Of a stretch of DNA of 40,519 bases, positions 10,545-21,718 are shown in pieces. The position numbers were made by a program, and so were the translations under genes. Within the stretch, counting starts at the first letter, position 1; the number at the start of each line of letters is the position of its first letter. The notes below the pieces were generated by a model. That model made no database searches. It worked only from the letters and a program-made list of their open reading frames with translations, and was not told the DNA's origin. This DNA comes from a virus (lineage: Duplodnaviria; Heunggongvirae; Uroviricota; Caudoviricetes). The DNA is taken from the IMG/VR virus record IMGVR_UViG_2529293139_000011. One strand, written 5' to 3'.

Positions 10545-11876
10545 TTACTGCCCCAAAGATGGAAGATATCCGTAGCGATTAATGAAGTCGATTGACAGCT
10601 CGGGGTGCTGCTTCAGGTAATCTATAGAAGCCTGAGGCGCTTCCACTCGCTTGATACCGTTTTGCTGAACGTACTTACCAACCGCCTCATTACGCTTCTG
10701 GTTGAGCGTGTTCAGGATGACGCCAGCGTTGCGACGAAAGGACTCCTCGCTCTGCGAGTTCTGCAGCGAACCAACAGCCTGGTCGAGCTTTTTGCCCTCG
10801 GCATCAGAAAGTGCGCCCATGCCTCGCATGGCCTGAACCGCTGTCAGGTATGCTTGGGATTTAAAGGTATCAAGTCGTGCCTGAGTGTCTGCAGCCTGTG
10901 AGCCTGGAACGTTGGGGATTACTCCACGTAAGCCTGTAATGCTCTTAAGTGAAGGAGAACTAACGATATCGTTCAGAGTGAACATGCTGGTTGTGAGGGT
11001 GTTGATGCCGTCTTTGTAGCCATCATTTAGCGCTTGCTGCTTCTGCTGCAACTGCTGGTTGTTGGCTGCTATGCGGCTCTGTATTTCCTGGCGCTTCAGG
11101 TCGTTAGTTTCTGCTGATAGCATCCGGTCAAGGCGCTTATTTTCGTTGTTAATGCGGTTTGTTTCTGCGTCCAGATTAATGCGCTGCTGACCTAAATTCG
11201 CCTGGATATCTTGCCCGCGCATTGTGATTGCCTGATTCCGAGCGGCGGTTTGCGAATCCAGATCCTGACCGCGCATGGTAACCTGGCGACCCTGCATTTT
11301 ATCCTGTAGGTCAAAGTATTTTTCGGGTCCGAGACTGTTCATCCCCAGGTGATCGACAAATTCGCCGAACTGCCGCGGGTTCTGTTGGTACATCTGAGCG
11401 ACGTCCTGAGGATTAACGCCAACACGAGCTAACTCACCGGCGTTGTTTTGCAGCCATGATTGCATTGCTTCTGGAGACGATGACGCAAGGCGTGCGCCAG
11501 CCGCTAAGGTGCCGATAGAATTACGCTGATCTTCATCAATGAATCCCATGCCTTTACGAACGGATTCTATCTGGTCTGGATATTGAGTAGCCAACTGACG
11601 CAAAGCACCGCGATCACCAGACGCATAAGCATTAGCGTACGCCTGCTGAAATTCTTTCTGCCGCTGAGCCTGCTTTTCCTGCTGAAACACCCCTGCAATA
11701 CCTGAAAGGCCTTGCAAAGCAGTCAGCCCAACATTGTTAGCGCCTGAACGCTCAATATCATTGTTCTGCCTGATAAGCTGAAGCGTATTGCCGATGTCAT
11801 TTACGCTCGGAGCGTTTGAGTTGACGCCGCCGATACCAGCCAACAATCCGCCGTTTGTTCCTTGCCAAGTAGCCAT
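10545..11876 (-). CDS. Ejection protein, gp20-position homolog
   Basis: 443-aa ORF in synteny with P22 gene 20 (gp14-gp7-gp20-gp16 order); Gln/Asn-rich, coiled-coil-like. Confidence 0.6.
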   Translation of the reverse strand: MATWQGTNGGLLAGIGGVNSNAPSVNDIGNTLQLIRQNNDIERSGANNVGLTALQGLSGIAGVFQQEKQAQRQKEFQQAYANAYASGDRGALRQLATQYPDQIESVRKGMGFIDEDQRNSIGTLAAGARLASSSPEAMQSWLQNNAGELARVGVNPQDVAQMYQQNPRQFGEFVDHLGMNSLGPEKYFDLQDKMQGRQVTMRGQDLDSQTAARNQAITMRGQDIQANLGQQRINLDAETNRINNENKRLDRMLSAETNDLKRQEIQSRIAANNQQLQQKQQALNDGYKDGINTLTTSMFTLNDIVSSPSLKSITGLRGVIPNVPGSQAADTQARLDTFKSQAYLTAVQAMRGMGALSDAEGKKLDQAVGSLQNSQSEESFRRNAGVILNTLNQKRNEAVGKYVQQNGIKRVEAPQASIDYLKQHPELSIDFINRYGYLPSLGQ

Positions 11877-11885
11877 GATTACCCC

Positions 11886-12578
11886 TTAAAACAACGAGCC
11901 AAGCAATCCGATACCAGCACCAATGCCAGCGCCCCAAGGCGTTGATGTTCCCAAAAGGCTGGCAAGACCTGCACCGGCAATCGCACCGGACGTTCCGCCG
12001 CTAATTGCTGTCTGAAGACTTGATGGTTTGTTGGCATTAGCAGCGGCAAGAGCTGCGCTTTGCTGTGCAATGCTGCTCATGTTGTTGGCGTACGTCTGCC
12101 CGGCGTTTGCCTGACCTTGCAGAGCACCAAGCCCAACGTTTGCCAGATTGTTGTAATTGCTCATCTGGTTTGATAACCAAGACTGACCGAGAGTCGGCGC
12201 GATCGTAGCCAGTTGATTGCTTGTGGCTGTCGAACCAAGTCCTCCCGTAGCCTCCGCAGCAGCAAGACTCTGGTAACGCGCCTGACCTGCAAGGTCTTTA
12301 TACTGCTGAGAGTTGTAATACTGATTAAGTGCCTGCCCCTGACCTTCTAAACTGGAAAGGTTCTGAAGCTGGTTAACATACTGCTCCGCAAGCGGCGTGA
12401 ACGGAGCAAGGTTTTTCATGATCGTCTGCCACTGCTGATTTTGCAGGTCTGCGGCATACTTCTGGGCTTCTGCTGCATACTTTGCGCTTTTATCAGAGCT
12501 ACCACCTTTCCCGCCTTTTTCATGGCACCAAGGTTCCTCGCCGCGCAGTTTTCTGCCCAGCTTAAATGCATATAACAT
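11886..12578 (-). CDS. Ejection protein, gp7-position homolog
   Basis: 230-aa ORF in synteny with P22 gene 7; Gly/Ala-rich hydrophobic C-terminus. Confidence 0.6.
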   Translation of the reverse strand: MLYAFKLGRKLRGEEPWCHEKGGKGGSSDKSAKYAAEAQKYAADLQNQQWQTIMKNLAPFTPLAEQYVNQLQNLSSLEGQGQALNQYYNSQQYKDLAGQARYQSLAAAEATGGLGSTATSNQLATIAPTLGQSWLSNQMSNYNNLANVGLGALQGQANAGQTYANNMSSIAQQSAALAAANANKPSSLQTAISGGTSGAIAGAGLASLLGTSTPWGAGIGAGIGLLGSLF

Positions 12579-12580
12579 GG

Positions 12581-13036
12581 CTATCTCCCGTGATTCAGGA
12601 AGTCGATTAGTTCTTCGCGTGTGGCGCTGTAAAAAGTCACGTCATCCACGCCTTTAAAGTATTTCTTGATGGTTCCGACACGCTTAAGGCCAATCATTGC
12701 GCAGTAAATCTGCCCGTGGCGGAATTTGCGTGCGGCGAACGATGTGACGCACTGAACGGTGGTGTTAGTCAGAATGTATTGCCAGAAAGCCATCCCGATT
12801 TCCTTGCTGAAGCCGCGAATCTCTGGCAGGTACATGGCGTGGCAATCGAATGTAAGCGGCTGAATCTCCTGATAGTAAACAATGCCGCCAAACTGACCGT
12901 GCACGTTAACCTCAAAGTAACGGCATTCAGGCTTGTAGTCGTATCCATCACCGTTGTTGCTACCGGCGATAATGTCAGGGTGATTTCCGACTGCTTCGAT
13001 CAGGTCGATGTTTCGCGTTGGTTTGAACTGAATCAT
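12581..13036 (-). CDS. gp14-position protein (head/ejection-associated)
   Basis: 151-aa ORF between the tail needle and the gp7-like gene; assigned by synteny only. Confidence 0.5.
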   Translation of the reverse strand: MIQFKPTRNIDLIEAVGNHPDIIAGSNNGDGYDYKPECRYFEVNVHGQFGGIVYYQEIQPLTFDCHAMYLPEIRGFSKEIGMAFWQYILTNTTVQCVTSFAARKFRHGQIYCAMIGLKRVGTIKKYFKGVDDVTFYSATREELIDFLNHGR

Positions 13037-13884
13037 TACTGCTCCGCGATTATCTTGATGGTTGTGGCAGTAAACGCCGCACCATTTGACTGAATGGTTA
13101 ACGTGCTGCCATTTGTGGCAAGAAAGCCGTCTTTATCCACGCTGAAGAACGTAGCTAACAGGATGTTGTCGGTTGTTGTCGCCGCATTACGACTGCTGAC
13201 CAACGTGTCAGGAACAGAGCCGGAAAATGTTAGCTGCATTGACCTGTTGGCGGTTCCGCTGGGCCACGTCCCGACAATCGACAGCTTGAAGAACAAGGTT
13301 TTGTTCTCGTTGAACACAACCATCTTGTTGTTAACGGTGTCGAAGAATGGTGCCAACGAGCCGGATGACGGCGTGAGCGTTTTCAGTAGGCTAACAAGGT
13401 TGGTCGGCGCTGTCGGAATGGTTACTGATACGCCAGAGTAAACAACCTCTGACTTCTTGCGCGTGGTTGCATAATCCAGAGCATCAATGCGCGATTCATG
13501 ATCTGAAACCTGCGATTCCAGCGACTGAACTCTGGTATCAAGCGACGCAATATCGCTTTCATTCTGAGCGATTCGCGTTTCATGTTCCTGAAGAGTTGAT
13601 TCTGCCTGGCTGATTCGCTCCTCATGATTAACAAGCGTTGCTTCCGCAGCAGAAATTCGCTGCTCATGGTCAGCGAGAATCACATCCTGCTCATCGTTCC
13701 TGACCTGTGCATCATAAGCGCCCTGTCCGGCCTCGTTGGCCTTGTTAGCCACGTTACCAACATCAGTACCTTGCGCGATAACGTACAGCAGATACGACTG
13801 CGAGAAGATATTGCGTGGAAGGACTGATGTATCGAGCCGCGTAGCCTGGATGATTACCGGCACATTGAGATTCGAATCCGCCAT
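13036..13884 (-). CDS. Tail needle protein (gp26-like N-terminus and coiled coil, with a C-terminal knob domain)
   Basis: 282-aa ORF; N-terminus [43 protein letters not shown] matches P22 gp26; heptad repeats in the middle; extra C-terminal domain as in Sf6-type needles. Confidence 0.8.
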   Translation of the reverse strand: MADSNLNVPVIIQATRLDTSVLPRNIFSQSYLLYVIAQGTDVGNVANKANEAGQGAYDAQVRNDEQDVILADHEQRISAAEATLVNHEERISQAESTLQEHETRIAQNESDIASLDTRVQSLESQVSDHESRIDALDYATTRKKSEVVYSGVSVTIPTAPTNLVSLLKTLTPSSGSLAPFFDTVNNKMVVFNENKTLFFKLSIVGTWPSGTANRSMQLTFSGSVPDTLVSSRNAATTTDNILLATFFSVDKDGFLATNGSTLTIQSNGAAFTATTIKIIAEQ

Positions 13885-15302
13885 TACTCAATCCTTATCT
13901 GGCAGCCAGACAGAGTGACAGGTGACTTCGTGATAATGCGCAATTTGAAGCCGACATTTTTCCTGATGCGCCCTACTCGCTTCCACAAAACACGTTTGTC
14001 GTAAACGAACGGTTCATTCTGCTCAATCATCTGCTCACGCCCGTAATTGATGCCGTCAGTGGTTGCAGAGAGGAACAGGCGGTCGGCGTACTGAGCTACG
14101 CCAGTGGATGATTCCACCTCCAGATCGAAGCATCTGGCGTTATCCGCTTTGAACAGTGGAGTAAACAGCAGGTGTTCCTGTTGCTTGTCGTACTGGCTGC
14201 TGATATCGAACTGCAGTTTCCCGGTAACAGATTCCAGCTTATCGCCGCACGTTATCTGATTGCCTTCGTAAATGAAGTCGATAGCGCGGTACACATCGTC
14301 ATATAAGCCTGTTTTCAGCACACACCATTGCGGACCATTGGCGCTTGAAGATGCGTCGTACACGAGGACGTGGCGCGGAAGGTGGATAATCAGCAGTTCA
14401 TGCGCATCAAATCGCAGCGATTCCATCACACCATCAGCCAGTTCATCAGCAGTGTAGGAGCGGAGGATTTTCTCAATGCTCGCGCTGGCGATTGGTGATA
14501 CCTGACCGGAACCGATGATGTACACAGACGGCGCACCTGTTGCCGGATTGCTGATGAACGCATAAGAATCGGCGAACGGCGTTTTGCAGTAAGTTCCGGC
14601 AATGCCTTTCTGCACCATCAGCGATGGTTGTGCAACATACAAAGCAGCCCCAACAGTGGTTGCACCAGTCAGGGAGAAATATTCAATCGTCGACGAACCA
14701 AAGCAGACTATGAAGTCTCGCCATGTACCGATGCCGATGATTCCGTCAGGCTGAGACTCTGCGCGATATTGTGCGCTGTAGCGGTCAGGATGCGATTCGT
14801 CTTCAAGGTCAGTGATAAACCATGAATCAGTGCCGTCTTTTGACCACGCATAACGCCCACGTAAACGAGTAATGTCGCGAACCGAACCTAACTCATACTG
14901 CGTGAATCCGCTGTCTGTAGGCCAGTTTGAGACGGTTTTAACCGTGCCATCATAGCGGTATTCGACCAGTTGCCCGTTAACACCTACCGCCTGTGATGTC
15001 CGACCATGTGCCATTGATACGCGACCACTTCCGGCAACATCACCGACTTCACTTTCGCCTTTGTACAGCTTGCCACCACACACGCGATAAACAGCATTCT
15101 GCGCCATGTTGTACTCGACGCCACGCGATACGCCGTTCACATCAGAACGTTTGGCAATGCCCGGGAATGAGCGAAGATATCCGCTGCTGTTCAGGATTTC
15201 TTTGGGTGTAGCCAACATATTCACTGGCAGATAGTCGATATAGTCGGCGTTTCTGAAGTCTTTGCCGACACCTTTCATAAGCGGAAGTTGCTGAATAGGC
15301 AT
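13884..15302 (-). CDS. Tail hub protein (gp10-like)
   Basis: 472-aa ORF, same length and position as P22 gp10. Confidence 0.75.
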   Translation of the reverse strand: MPIQQLPLMKGVGKDFRNADYIDYLPVNMLATPKEILNSSGYLRSFPGIAKRSDVNGVSRGVEYNMAQNAVYRVCGGKLYKGESEVGDVAGSGRVSMAHGRTSQAVGVNGQLVEYRYDGTVKTVSNWPTDSGFTQYELGSVRDITRLRGRYAWSKDGTDSWFITDLEDESHPDRYSAQYRAESQPDGIIGIGTWRDFIVCFGSSTIEYFSLTGATTVGAALYVAQPSLMVQKGIAGTYCKTPFADSYAFISNPATGAPSVYIIGSGQVSPIASASIEKILRSYTADELADGVMESLRFDAHELLIIHLPRHVLVYDASSSANGPQWCVLKTGLYDDVYRAIDFIYEGNQITCGDKLESVTGKLQFDISSQYDKQQEHLLFTPLFKADNARCFDLEVESSTGVAQYADRLFLSATTDGINYGREQMIEQNEPFVYDKRVLWKRVGRIRKNVGFKLRIITKSPVTLSGCQIRIE

Positions 15303-15310
15303 TTATTCAC

Positions 15311-15793
15311 CTATGCGTTTGGGATATCGCCATCAATCAGAGGGAGATCGCCTGGATAATATCGGTCAGATGTGAACACGTCATATTTATTACCCTGTCC
15401 TACAGGAAAATCTCCACGTCGTCGCATTGAAGGAACAACCAGAGTGTCGGTCATCAAGGCATCATATGAGCGTTGGGCGTTACTGAGAACTTGCGGAGTT
15501 GGTTCAAGGCTGTAATCAGATAGCATTCTCAGCAATAACTGATAGCCTACTGCGTGTTTGTATTTTCTTGGAAGACCTGACTCATCATCTGGTAATGGCT
15601 GCTCATCTCCAGTTGAGAAAGCGTAACCAATGTCGCCGGGGTTAATCATCCACTCGGACATCATATCTTCCAGATCATTTACACCATCTTCAATTGATTG
15701 CGGCTCAACATCAGTCAGCGATGCATTAGAAGCAATAGCAAACTTACGAAGCGCAAAAAGGACGATCTCACCCTTTGTCAGTACTGTTGCCAT
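15311..15793 (-). CDS. Tail accessory / head-completion protein (gp4-like)
   Basis: 160-aa ORF downstream of the coat gene; size and position as P22 gp4. Confidence 0.7.
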   Translation of the reverse strand: MATVLTKGEIVLFALRKFAIASNASLTDVEPQSIEDGVNDLEDMMSEWMINPGDIGYAFSTGDEQPLPDDESGLPRKYKHAVGYQLLLRMLSDYSLEPTPQVLSNAQRSYDALMTDTLVVPSMRRRGDFPVGQGNKYDVFTSDRYYPGDLPLIDGDIPNA

Positions 15794-15953
15794 TGTCTGC
15801 CGCCTTACGACCTCGCTTACTGGTCGGTTTCAATTCATCAACTGAGGCAACAAAGCCCAACTTTTCGAAAAACTGGAAGTCTTTTTCTGCGATAACGGCC
15901 TGTACATGCCCGGATTCGTTATCTGCGGCAAGGAATACACTCATGCGATCCAT
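15768..15953 (-). CDS. Small hypothetical protein between the coat and gp4 genes
   Basis: 61-aa ORF in the operon gap; no recognisable motif. Confidence 0.3.
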   Translation of the reverse strand: MDRMSVFLAADNESGHVQAVIAEKDFQFFEKLGFVASVDELKPTSKRGRKAADNGNSTDKG

Positions 15954-15995
15954 ATTTTTTCCTTAAAACATAAAAGGGGCGTAAGCCCCTTGTTA

Positions 15996-17267
15996 TTACG
16001 GATTACCGAAGAACTGACCGCCCATGTGAGGGTTAAAGCACACATATGCAGGCAGTAAGTCAAAGCGCATTTTTTGCACGTTGGCATCGCCATCTGCGTA
16101 TTTATGTACGCGGATGGAGAAACCTTCATATGTTGCAACAGCAGAATCAATACTGTGCAGTTTCGGCAGTGGGATAGAGCCAAGTCCACAGAAGAACTTG
16201 TTATAGAACAGGTTTGGCTTCATTGTCTGGCTAGCAGTGCCTACCACAGATACGGCATCGCCTGCCGCTACCTGACGACTTACAGAGTTGTACTGCGGGT
16301 TTGTAGTGTCATAAATCGGAACACCAGAAAGCGTAACCGTCACATCGCCACTGCTGTCTGAATCAGCATCAGCAGTAACCGTTGCTGTGAAGCTAATTGG
16401 TGTGGCTCCGTTATACAACGCCTGTTTGGTCTGCTGTTGCAGCCAGTAGGTATTGGTGAATTTAACCTGATCACCAGCTTTCAGGAAACCTGTAACGCTG
16501 GCTGTCGCCCCGGTCAATGTTACAGTGAACTGGTATGAGTCTTTAACTGCGTTATAGGTAACAGTTGGCTGTGTTTTGACTGTCAGTGTTCCGCCAAATG
16601 CCCCCTGCGTACGAGAGGCAAGCCCATTAGACATCAGTGCGCGAATGCCGCCAAAATTGGTTGGGATCTGCGCATTCTCCCATGCAGTACGAACCAATTG
16701 ATCTGAAGCGTGCAAACCAGTCTGCGCATCAGCAAGTCGCTGTGCAGACCATGGATCCATTACAGCATAGTTTTCACCTTCATTAACGCCGAGGTCTTTC
16801 AGGAAAGATGCCGTCTGCGCAACATCAGACCATTTGGTGATTGGAGTATTGGGGCTACCAAGTGACAACGCACCGTTATTCATCATGAAGTGAGCAAGCT
16901 CTGTTTCAAGGTCGGTAACGATTCGCTGGCGAACCGGCGCGAGAATTTCCTCCAGTTGGTTAAGCTTGATCGCTTCCTCCAGTTGCTGATATTCAACAGC
17001 AACAGTGATGTAGTTACCTACACGCCCCGTAGCTTTACCTGAGATCAGGTTGTTTTTATTTTGCCCTGAAATATCACCAGTGGGAGTACGGAGGGATGAG
17101 AATTGATGCGGACGTTTAAAGCTAACGCTATCGCCAGTGCTGGAGTTGATTTCACCTGCCAGCAACTGACGGTCTACGGTTTTCGCCAGAACTAAATCTG
17201 ACATAAAACCCGGAAGGAATTTTTTCAGAACGATTTGACTGACGTTACTATCGAGATTGTTAGGCAT
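15996..17267 (-). CDS. Major capsid (coat) protein, P22/Sf6 type
   Basis: 423-aa ORF MPNNLDSNVSQIVLKKFLPGFMSDLVLAKTVDRQ... recognised as an Sf6-type coat protein; follows the scaffold gene. Confidence 0.85.
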   Translation of the reverse strand: MPNNLDSNVSQIVLKKFLPGFMSDLVLAKTVDRQLLAGEINSSTGDSVSFKRPHQFSSLRTPTGDISGQNKNNLISGKATGRVGNYITVAVEYQQLEEAIKLNQLEEILAPVRQRIVTDLETELAHFMMNNGALSLGSPNTPITKWSDVAQTASFLKDLGVNEGENYAVMDPWSAQRLADAQTGLHASDQLVRTAWENAQIPTNFGGIRALMSNGLASRTQGAFGGTLTVKTQPTVTYNAVKDSYQFTVTLTGATASVTGFLKAGDQVKFTNTYWLQQQTKQALYNGATPISFTATVTADADSDSSGDVTVTLSGVPIYDTTNPQYNSVSRQVAAGDAVSVVGTASQTMKPNLFYNKFFCGLGSIPLPKLHSIDSAVATYEGFSIRVHKYADGDANVQKMRFDLLPAYVCFNPHMGGQFFGNP

Positions 17268-17278
17268 TTATCTTTTCC

Positions 17279-18163
17279 TTATTCGATTTTTGCGCCGGGG
17301 CATAATTTGTTGAATTCGTCTTGTTTCGCATCAGCACCGCCACCACGTACTTCCGGCTCTGGCTTGATGGCTTTCTTTGGTTTTGGAGCAAGGCTTACCT
17401 GTTTGCTAATCTGCCCCAAGAGGAATGCTGCGCGAATTGGATCTGTCTCAGCGGCTACACGCTGGCGTAATTGCTGGCTCTTACCTAAGCCATAGGCGAG
17501 TAGTTCAGAGCCTTCGTCTGCACAGTGAATGATGATTTCCTGCTGAATTGGTGGTAGCTCACTAAGAACAATGGCTTCCATTTCCTGATAATCTTTCACA
17601 GGAAGTTTGGCTGCCCGTTGTTTATGCGCTTCTACCCTTTGCTGGAAACGCTGCTGGTATTCCTGTTGCTGACGTAGTTTTTGTTGCTGCTGCTGTTCGA
17701 CACGGCCTTTTTTCTCATGCCAATCAGTCAATGCCTGTTCAAACGCCTGTTCGTCATAATCACACGACTCAAGAGTCGGTTTTGGTGGAATAGCGTCTGG
17801 TTGTGGTTGCTGATGTTCCGCAGGCTTGGCTAATGCTTCCTCAAGCTGGCGGCGCAACTCACGGTTTTCTTTCTGTGTTTCTTTGAAGCCTTTGCGAAGA
17901 TCCTTCACCCATTGCGGTGCAGGTTGCCCGTCAATGTGATCATCATCGTCAGCGTTAAGCTGAATTTCTTCATCACCAATACGCAAGGCGTAATCTTCTG
18001 GTGTCTCTTCGGTTTTTTCAGGCTCAGTTGCCACCTCTTTACCGTTGTCATCCTGGCTTTCATTTTCAGGCTGTGACTCTGTTTGGATGATGGTTTCTTC
18101 TGCATTTTCCTGTGTTTCAGACAGGTCAATAACCTGACCGTCGATGATCAGTTCGTTTTCCAT
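17279..18163 (-). CDS. Scaffolding protein
   Basis: 294-aa acidic, helical, Gln/Glu-rich ORF between the portal and coat genes. Confidence 0.75.
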   Translation of the reverse strand: MENELIIDGQVIDLSETQENAEETIIQTESQPENESQDDNGKEVATEPEKTEETPEDYALRIGDEEIQLNADDDDHIDGQPAPQWVKDLRKGFKETQKENRELRRQLEEALAKPAEHQQPQPDAIPPKPTLESCDYDEQAFEQALTDWHEKKGRVEQQQQQKLRQQQEYQQRFQQRVEAHKQRAAKLPVKDYQEMEAIVLSELPPIQQEIIIHCADEGSELLAYGLGKSQQLRQRVAAETDPIRAAFLLGQISKQVSLAPKPKKAIKPEPEVRGGGADAKQDEFNKLCPGAKIE

Positions 18164-18176
18164 TGATTACTCCTGG

Positions 18177-20303
18177 TTAACTCGGCATTAAGTCTGCCGG
18201 TGACTGTGGTGGTGACTGGAATTGCTGTTGTTGTGACTCGGCGACATCTTTCAGCAGGCGTATTGCCTCCATCACTGCTTTGTCATCGATGTTTCTGGCT
18301 TGAGCCAATTTATAGACAGTGTTTGCCTGACTCTCCATCGCATCCTGCTGGGCAGTAAATGCTTTGATTTGAGTTTGAGCAGTTTCGTTAGTTGCTTTTT
18401 GCGCTTCTGCCTGCGCTGCTACCATTTGCGCCTGAGCGAGAACCATTTCAGGATTTGGCTGGCTTTGTGCTGCCATTTGCGCCTGTTGAACAATCTGCTG
18501 CTCTTTCTCATTGCGTGGTTTTGCAATACCAGATATCAGCAGTTGGTTGCGGTTGTACTCTTTGAAGTCATCAAGGCCTTCGCCATCGATATTGTCCAGA
18601 ATAATACCCTGAATTGCCGGGCGCATTGGGTCTGTTGGAAGCATAGAGCTAAGGACATTTGTCAGTACAGAAACCGTTGCATCACGTCGTGCTGTGTAGC
18701 TTGGTCCAACATCAACCGTCACATCGTATCGACCGACAGAAAGGTCATTTAACGCAACAACAGCCCCTGTTTGCCTGTCAACAACCTGTGCGCTCAGGAC
18801 AGCGATATCATCACTTCCATCTTCGTTAACGATGCGCACTTCACGTTCTGAACCGTACACTTCACGCGCCATTGACAGCCATACTTCACCAGCGCGTTTA
18901 AGACTTTTCGCCATATTGTCCAGATAGATAAACGAAGCCATATCTGCTCTGTTCATCAAGTTGTTAACCGTTTCCTGAGCAATATTACTTGGCATCTGCT
19001 GCATGGCCTGACTGCCGCCTGTAACCTCCTGAATATCAGCACTGGTTTGCTGTAGTAATGCAGCCAATGCCTGATTCATAACCGCAGGCTGTGTATATCC
19101 TGCCGGGGTAGCTCCAGCGATAATGTTGCCAGATTTATCTCTCACTTCGCGCAACGGCAAGAACGCTGGGCGTTTCTTGTTGCGAGCCTCCCAGTGCTTC
19201 TCAAGTCCACGAATTTGCTCCATGCCAACTATAGGGATCTGACCGGGGTCTTGTGCTGCAGTATCAGCCAGCATTGAAACCTGAAGGTTGTACAAACGCT
19301 GTGGATCCATTGCTTTTGCAATGTGCCCTTCGACACGCTCAATGTCATCAATGAACCAGCGTTTTCCATAAACCGGGATGAGGGGGATATGCTCACCAGG
19401 AATACGTCGAGGTTTCTCAAGGAAACCATCACCATCCACTACGGATACATACACACGACGGCGCTTCACTGAGCGCCTTGCCACTTCCTGAAATCCAGCT
19501 ATTGCCAGTTCATCTTCAATATCTTCAACCTGATCACTGTCGTATGTTGCAATCTCTCCAGTGATTGGATGTCGATAACTGATGACGTCAACAGACTCTT
19601 TACGAACTTCGTAATACTTCGCTATGTAAATAACATCTGCATCAAACCAGTCATATTCCCAACTGGTCATAGACGTTACATCCAAAGAAGCAGGAGGTTT
19701 CTTTCCGTATTCAGCCTCATATTTTTCAGGTGACAACGAATACATGCAGAACGCCCACAACGCGTCAGATTTGTCGTACTTCTTAGCGTCAGGGTCAAAC
19801 CACACAGAGCGCGACGGGTCGTATATTGGTTCAATAGCAATGCGCTGACGATCGTCCATGGGGTCGTATTCATTGACCAGCATCGACGTCAAACGGAAGC
19901 AACCGAAACCACCAGTAGCAGCGTCGTCAAATGCATTATCGCAAGCCTCACCGCCATCAGTTTCTTCGTAGTCAGCACGGAACAGACCATTTAATTTATT
20001 GGCTAACTCTTCGCTTGCCTCTCTGTCACCAGGACGAAACTTAACGGTGATTCTGTTATTGCGGTATTCTGCAATGATGCGGTTAAGTTCAGTTGCTACC
20101 TTATTGATTTCAAACTTAGGATACTTCTCGAACTGCTCATCAAGCTTAGTCCCAGCCGCCGTTGCTCCTTCCCATTGACCTCCGGGGACACGAGCAAACC
20201 TCGTAGCTTCAATGCACTTTTCGCGCACTTCCTGCTGTGGAGAATAGGCGCGGTCAAACCTGAGCATGATCCGCTCATGTTTTTTCTCTAATGTCTCTGC
20301 CAT
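18177..20303 (-). CDS. Portal protein
   Basis: ORF 18177-20375; start moved to the ATG at 20303 (MAETLEKKHERIMLRFDRAYSPQ...) just after the terminase stop, giving 708 aa; aligns with P22-type portal proteins (e.g. KRRRVY, GEHIPLIPVYG) and has a long C-terminal helical barrel. Confidence 0.85.
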   Translation of the reverse strand: MAETLEKKHERIMLRFDRAYSPQQEVREKCIEATRFARVPGGQWEGATAAGTKLDEQFEKYPKFEINKVATELNRIIAEYRNNRITVKFRPGDREASEELANKLNGLFRADYEETDGGEACDNAFDDAATGGFGCFRLTSMLVNEYDPMDDRQRIAIEPIYDPSRSVWFDPDAKKYDKSDALWAFCMYSLSPEKYEAEYGKKPPASLDVTSMTSWEYDWFDADVIYIAKYYEVRKESVDVISYRHPITGEIATYDSDQVEDIEDELAIAGFQEVARRSVKRRRVYVSVVDGDGFLEKPRRIPGEHIPLIPVYGKRWFIDDIERVEGHIAKAMDPQRLYNLQVSMLADTAAQDPGQIPIVGMEQIRGLEKHWEARNKKRPAFLPLREVRDKSGNIIAGATPAGYTQPAVMNQALAALLQQTSADIQEVTGGSQAMQQMPSNIAQETVNNLMNRADMASFIYLDNMAKSLKRAGEVWLSMAREVYGSEREVRIVNEDGSDDIAVLSAQVVDRQTGAVVALNDLSVGRYDVTVDVGPSYTARRDATVSVLTNVLSSMLPTDPMRPAIQGIILDNIDGEGLDDFKEYNRNQLLISGIAKPRNEKEQQIVQQAQMAAQSQPNPEMVLAQAQMVAAQAEAQKATNETAQTQIKAFTAQQDAMESQANTVYKLAQARNIDDKAVMEAIRLLKDVAESQQQQFQSPPQSPADLMPS

Positions 20304-20305
20304 GT

Positions 20306-21718
20306 TTACCAACCGGAGGATGAGGGAACGTATATTTCTGTTTCTTCGCGGACCAATGCCGGGCAATGCATACACATCATCAGCGCATCAGCCAGGTTAG
20401 GAGATGGAATACCGAGCTTCTGCTTCATTTCGACCTTAGTCATAAGCTCCAGCTTCCCGTTGTTATTGAATTTGCGCTGAATCTGCGTCAGTTCTGCAAA
20501 CAGCTTCTCCAGCATCTTCTCGTCTATCGCTTCTTTGTCGAAGCTCAGCATGTCGTCGGGGTCTGCATACTCACCGTGGACAACCGCCCGATATGTCAGA
20601 TACAGCCTGTCAGCCAGCGCGTAATAGAATTGCGCTCGCTTATTGCGGAATACATCGCCAATAGTGCGAACGTTGTCGCCCTGTACGACTTCATCAGCCC
20701 ATGCTCCGGCCTGATAAGGCCCATCTTCATCGAATGGCGATTCGCTGCCCTTGAACATCGTGGCGGTGATTTTCTTACCGGAGAATGCTTCCGTTGTCTG
20801 TCTGCGTAGCCCTGCACCGACACCATCACCATCCCACAGGTAGTGGTCAGCGCCGTCTTCAATCGCCAGAGAAGTAGCCCAGTCAGCACCCTCGTTGATG
20901 TCCATCAGCAGGCCTTCGGCAATGCGTTTAACTACCGAACCGTGGCGCGATGCATAACCTTTAGCATCCGGTCCTGTATCTGACGGGTCATGCGCAGAGA
21001 CAACAGCGCCTTTCGCTTTCCATCCGAGTTTCTTGTGCGCATCGGTTGCGGCTTCAAGCCATTCACGTTTGATGATTGCCATATCACTTGCGCTCACTGG
21101 CTCACCAAGCCAGATGTGACGATACAGTGTCGGATTTCTGCGTTTACACTCTTCCATCTCCAGACGGAGAACTTCAGGAAAATGCGGGTTGTCGGTGTAG
21201 TTCACTGTCAGCAGACAAATATCATCGGGAGGATTTACGACGAATCGCTGATAGGTATCGTCGAGTATGTTCTTCGGGTTAAAGCTCACCCATATTTCGG
21301 AAAACGGCTTGCGGATGGTTGGTATCAGGATGTCCCATGATTCCTTCGTTACCGCTTCCGCTTCTTCCACCCAGCAGATATCAATGCCTTCGAGCGATTT
21401 AATCTTCGTCGGGTTGTTTTTTATGCCGTAGAACATGAATTCAGCATTCGTTCCGAGATGACGAATCATGGAACGCTGAATTTCAAACTCAGCCGAATAC
21501 CCTTCCCGCTCTATGGTGTCTTCAAGCAGCCGGATTACCGAATCGCTGATACTGTTTTGCAGTTCACGAGCGCAGAGAATACGCACTGGCTGCCGACGCG
21601 CCGCTTCAACAAGCAGCCTCGCAATTGCCCATGACTTACCGCTACCTCGACCGCCTTTGGCGACTTTGTAGCGATGCGCCTCAATGAACGGTTCAAAGAT
21701 AGGATTAATCGAGGTCAT
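20306..21718 (-). CDS. Terminase large subunit
   Basis: 470-aa ORF with an N-terminal Walker A motif (VAKGGRGSGKS) and a C-terminal nuclease domain; follows the small subunit. Confidence 0.85.
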   Translation of the reverse strand: MTSINPIFEPFIEAHRYKVAKGGRGSGKSWAIARLLVEAARRQPVRILCARELQNSISDSVIRLLEDTIEREGYSAEFEIQRSMIRHLGTNAEFMFYGIKNNPTKIKSLEGIDICWVEEAEAVTKESWDILIPTIRKPFSEIWVSFNPKNILDDTYQRFVVNPPDDICLLTVNYTDNPHFPEVLRLEMEECKRRNPTLYRHIWLGEPVSASDMAIIKREWLEAATDAHKKLGWKAKGAVVSAHDPSDTGPDAKGYASRHGSVVKRIAEGLLMDINEGADWATSLAIEDGADHYLWDGDGVGAGLRRQTTEAFSGKKITATMFKGSESPFDEDGPYQAGAWADEVVQGDNVRTIGDVFRNKRAQFYYALADRLYLTYRAVVHGEYADPDDMLSFDKEAIDEKMLEKLFAELTQIQRKFNNNGKLELMTKVEMKQKLGIPSPNLADALMMCMHCPALVREETEIYVPSSSGW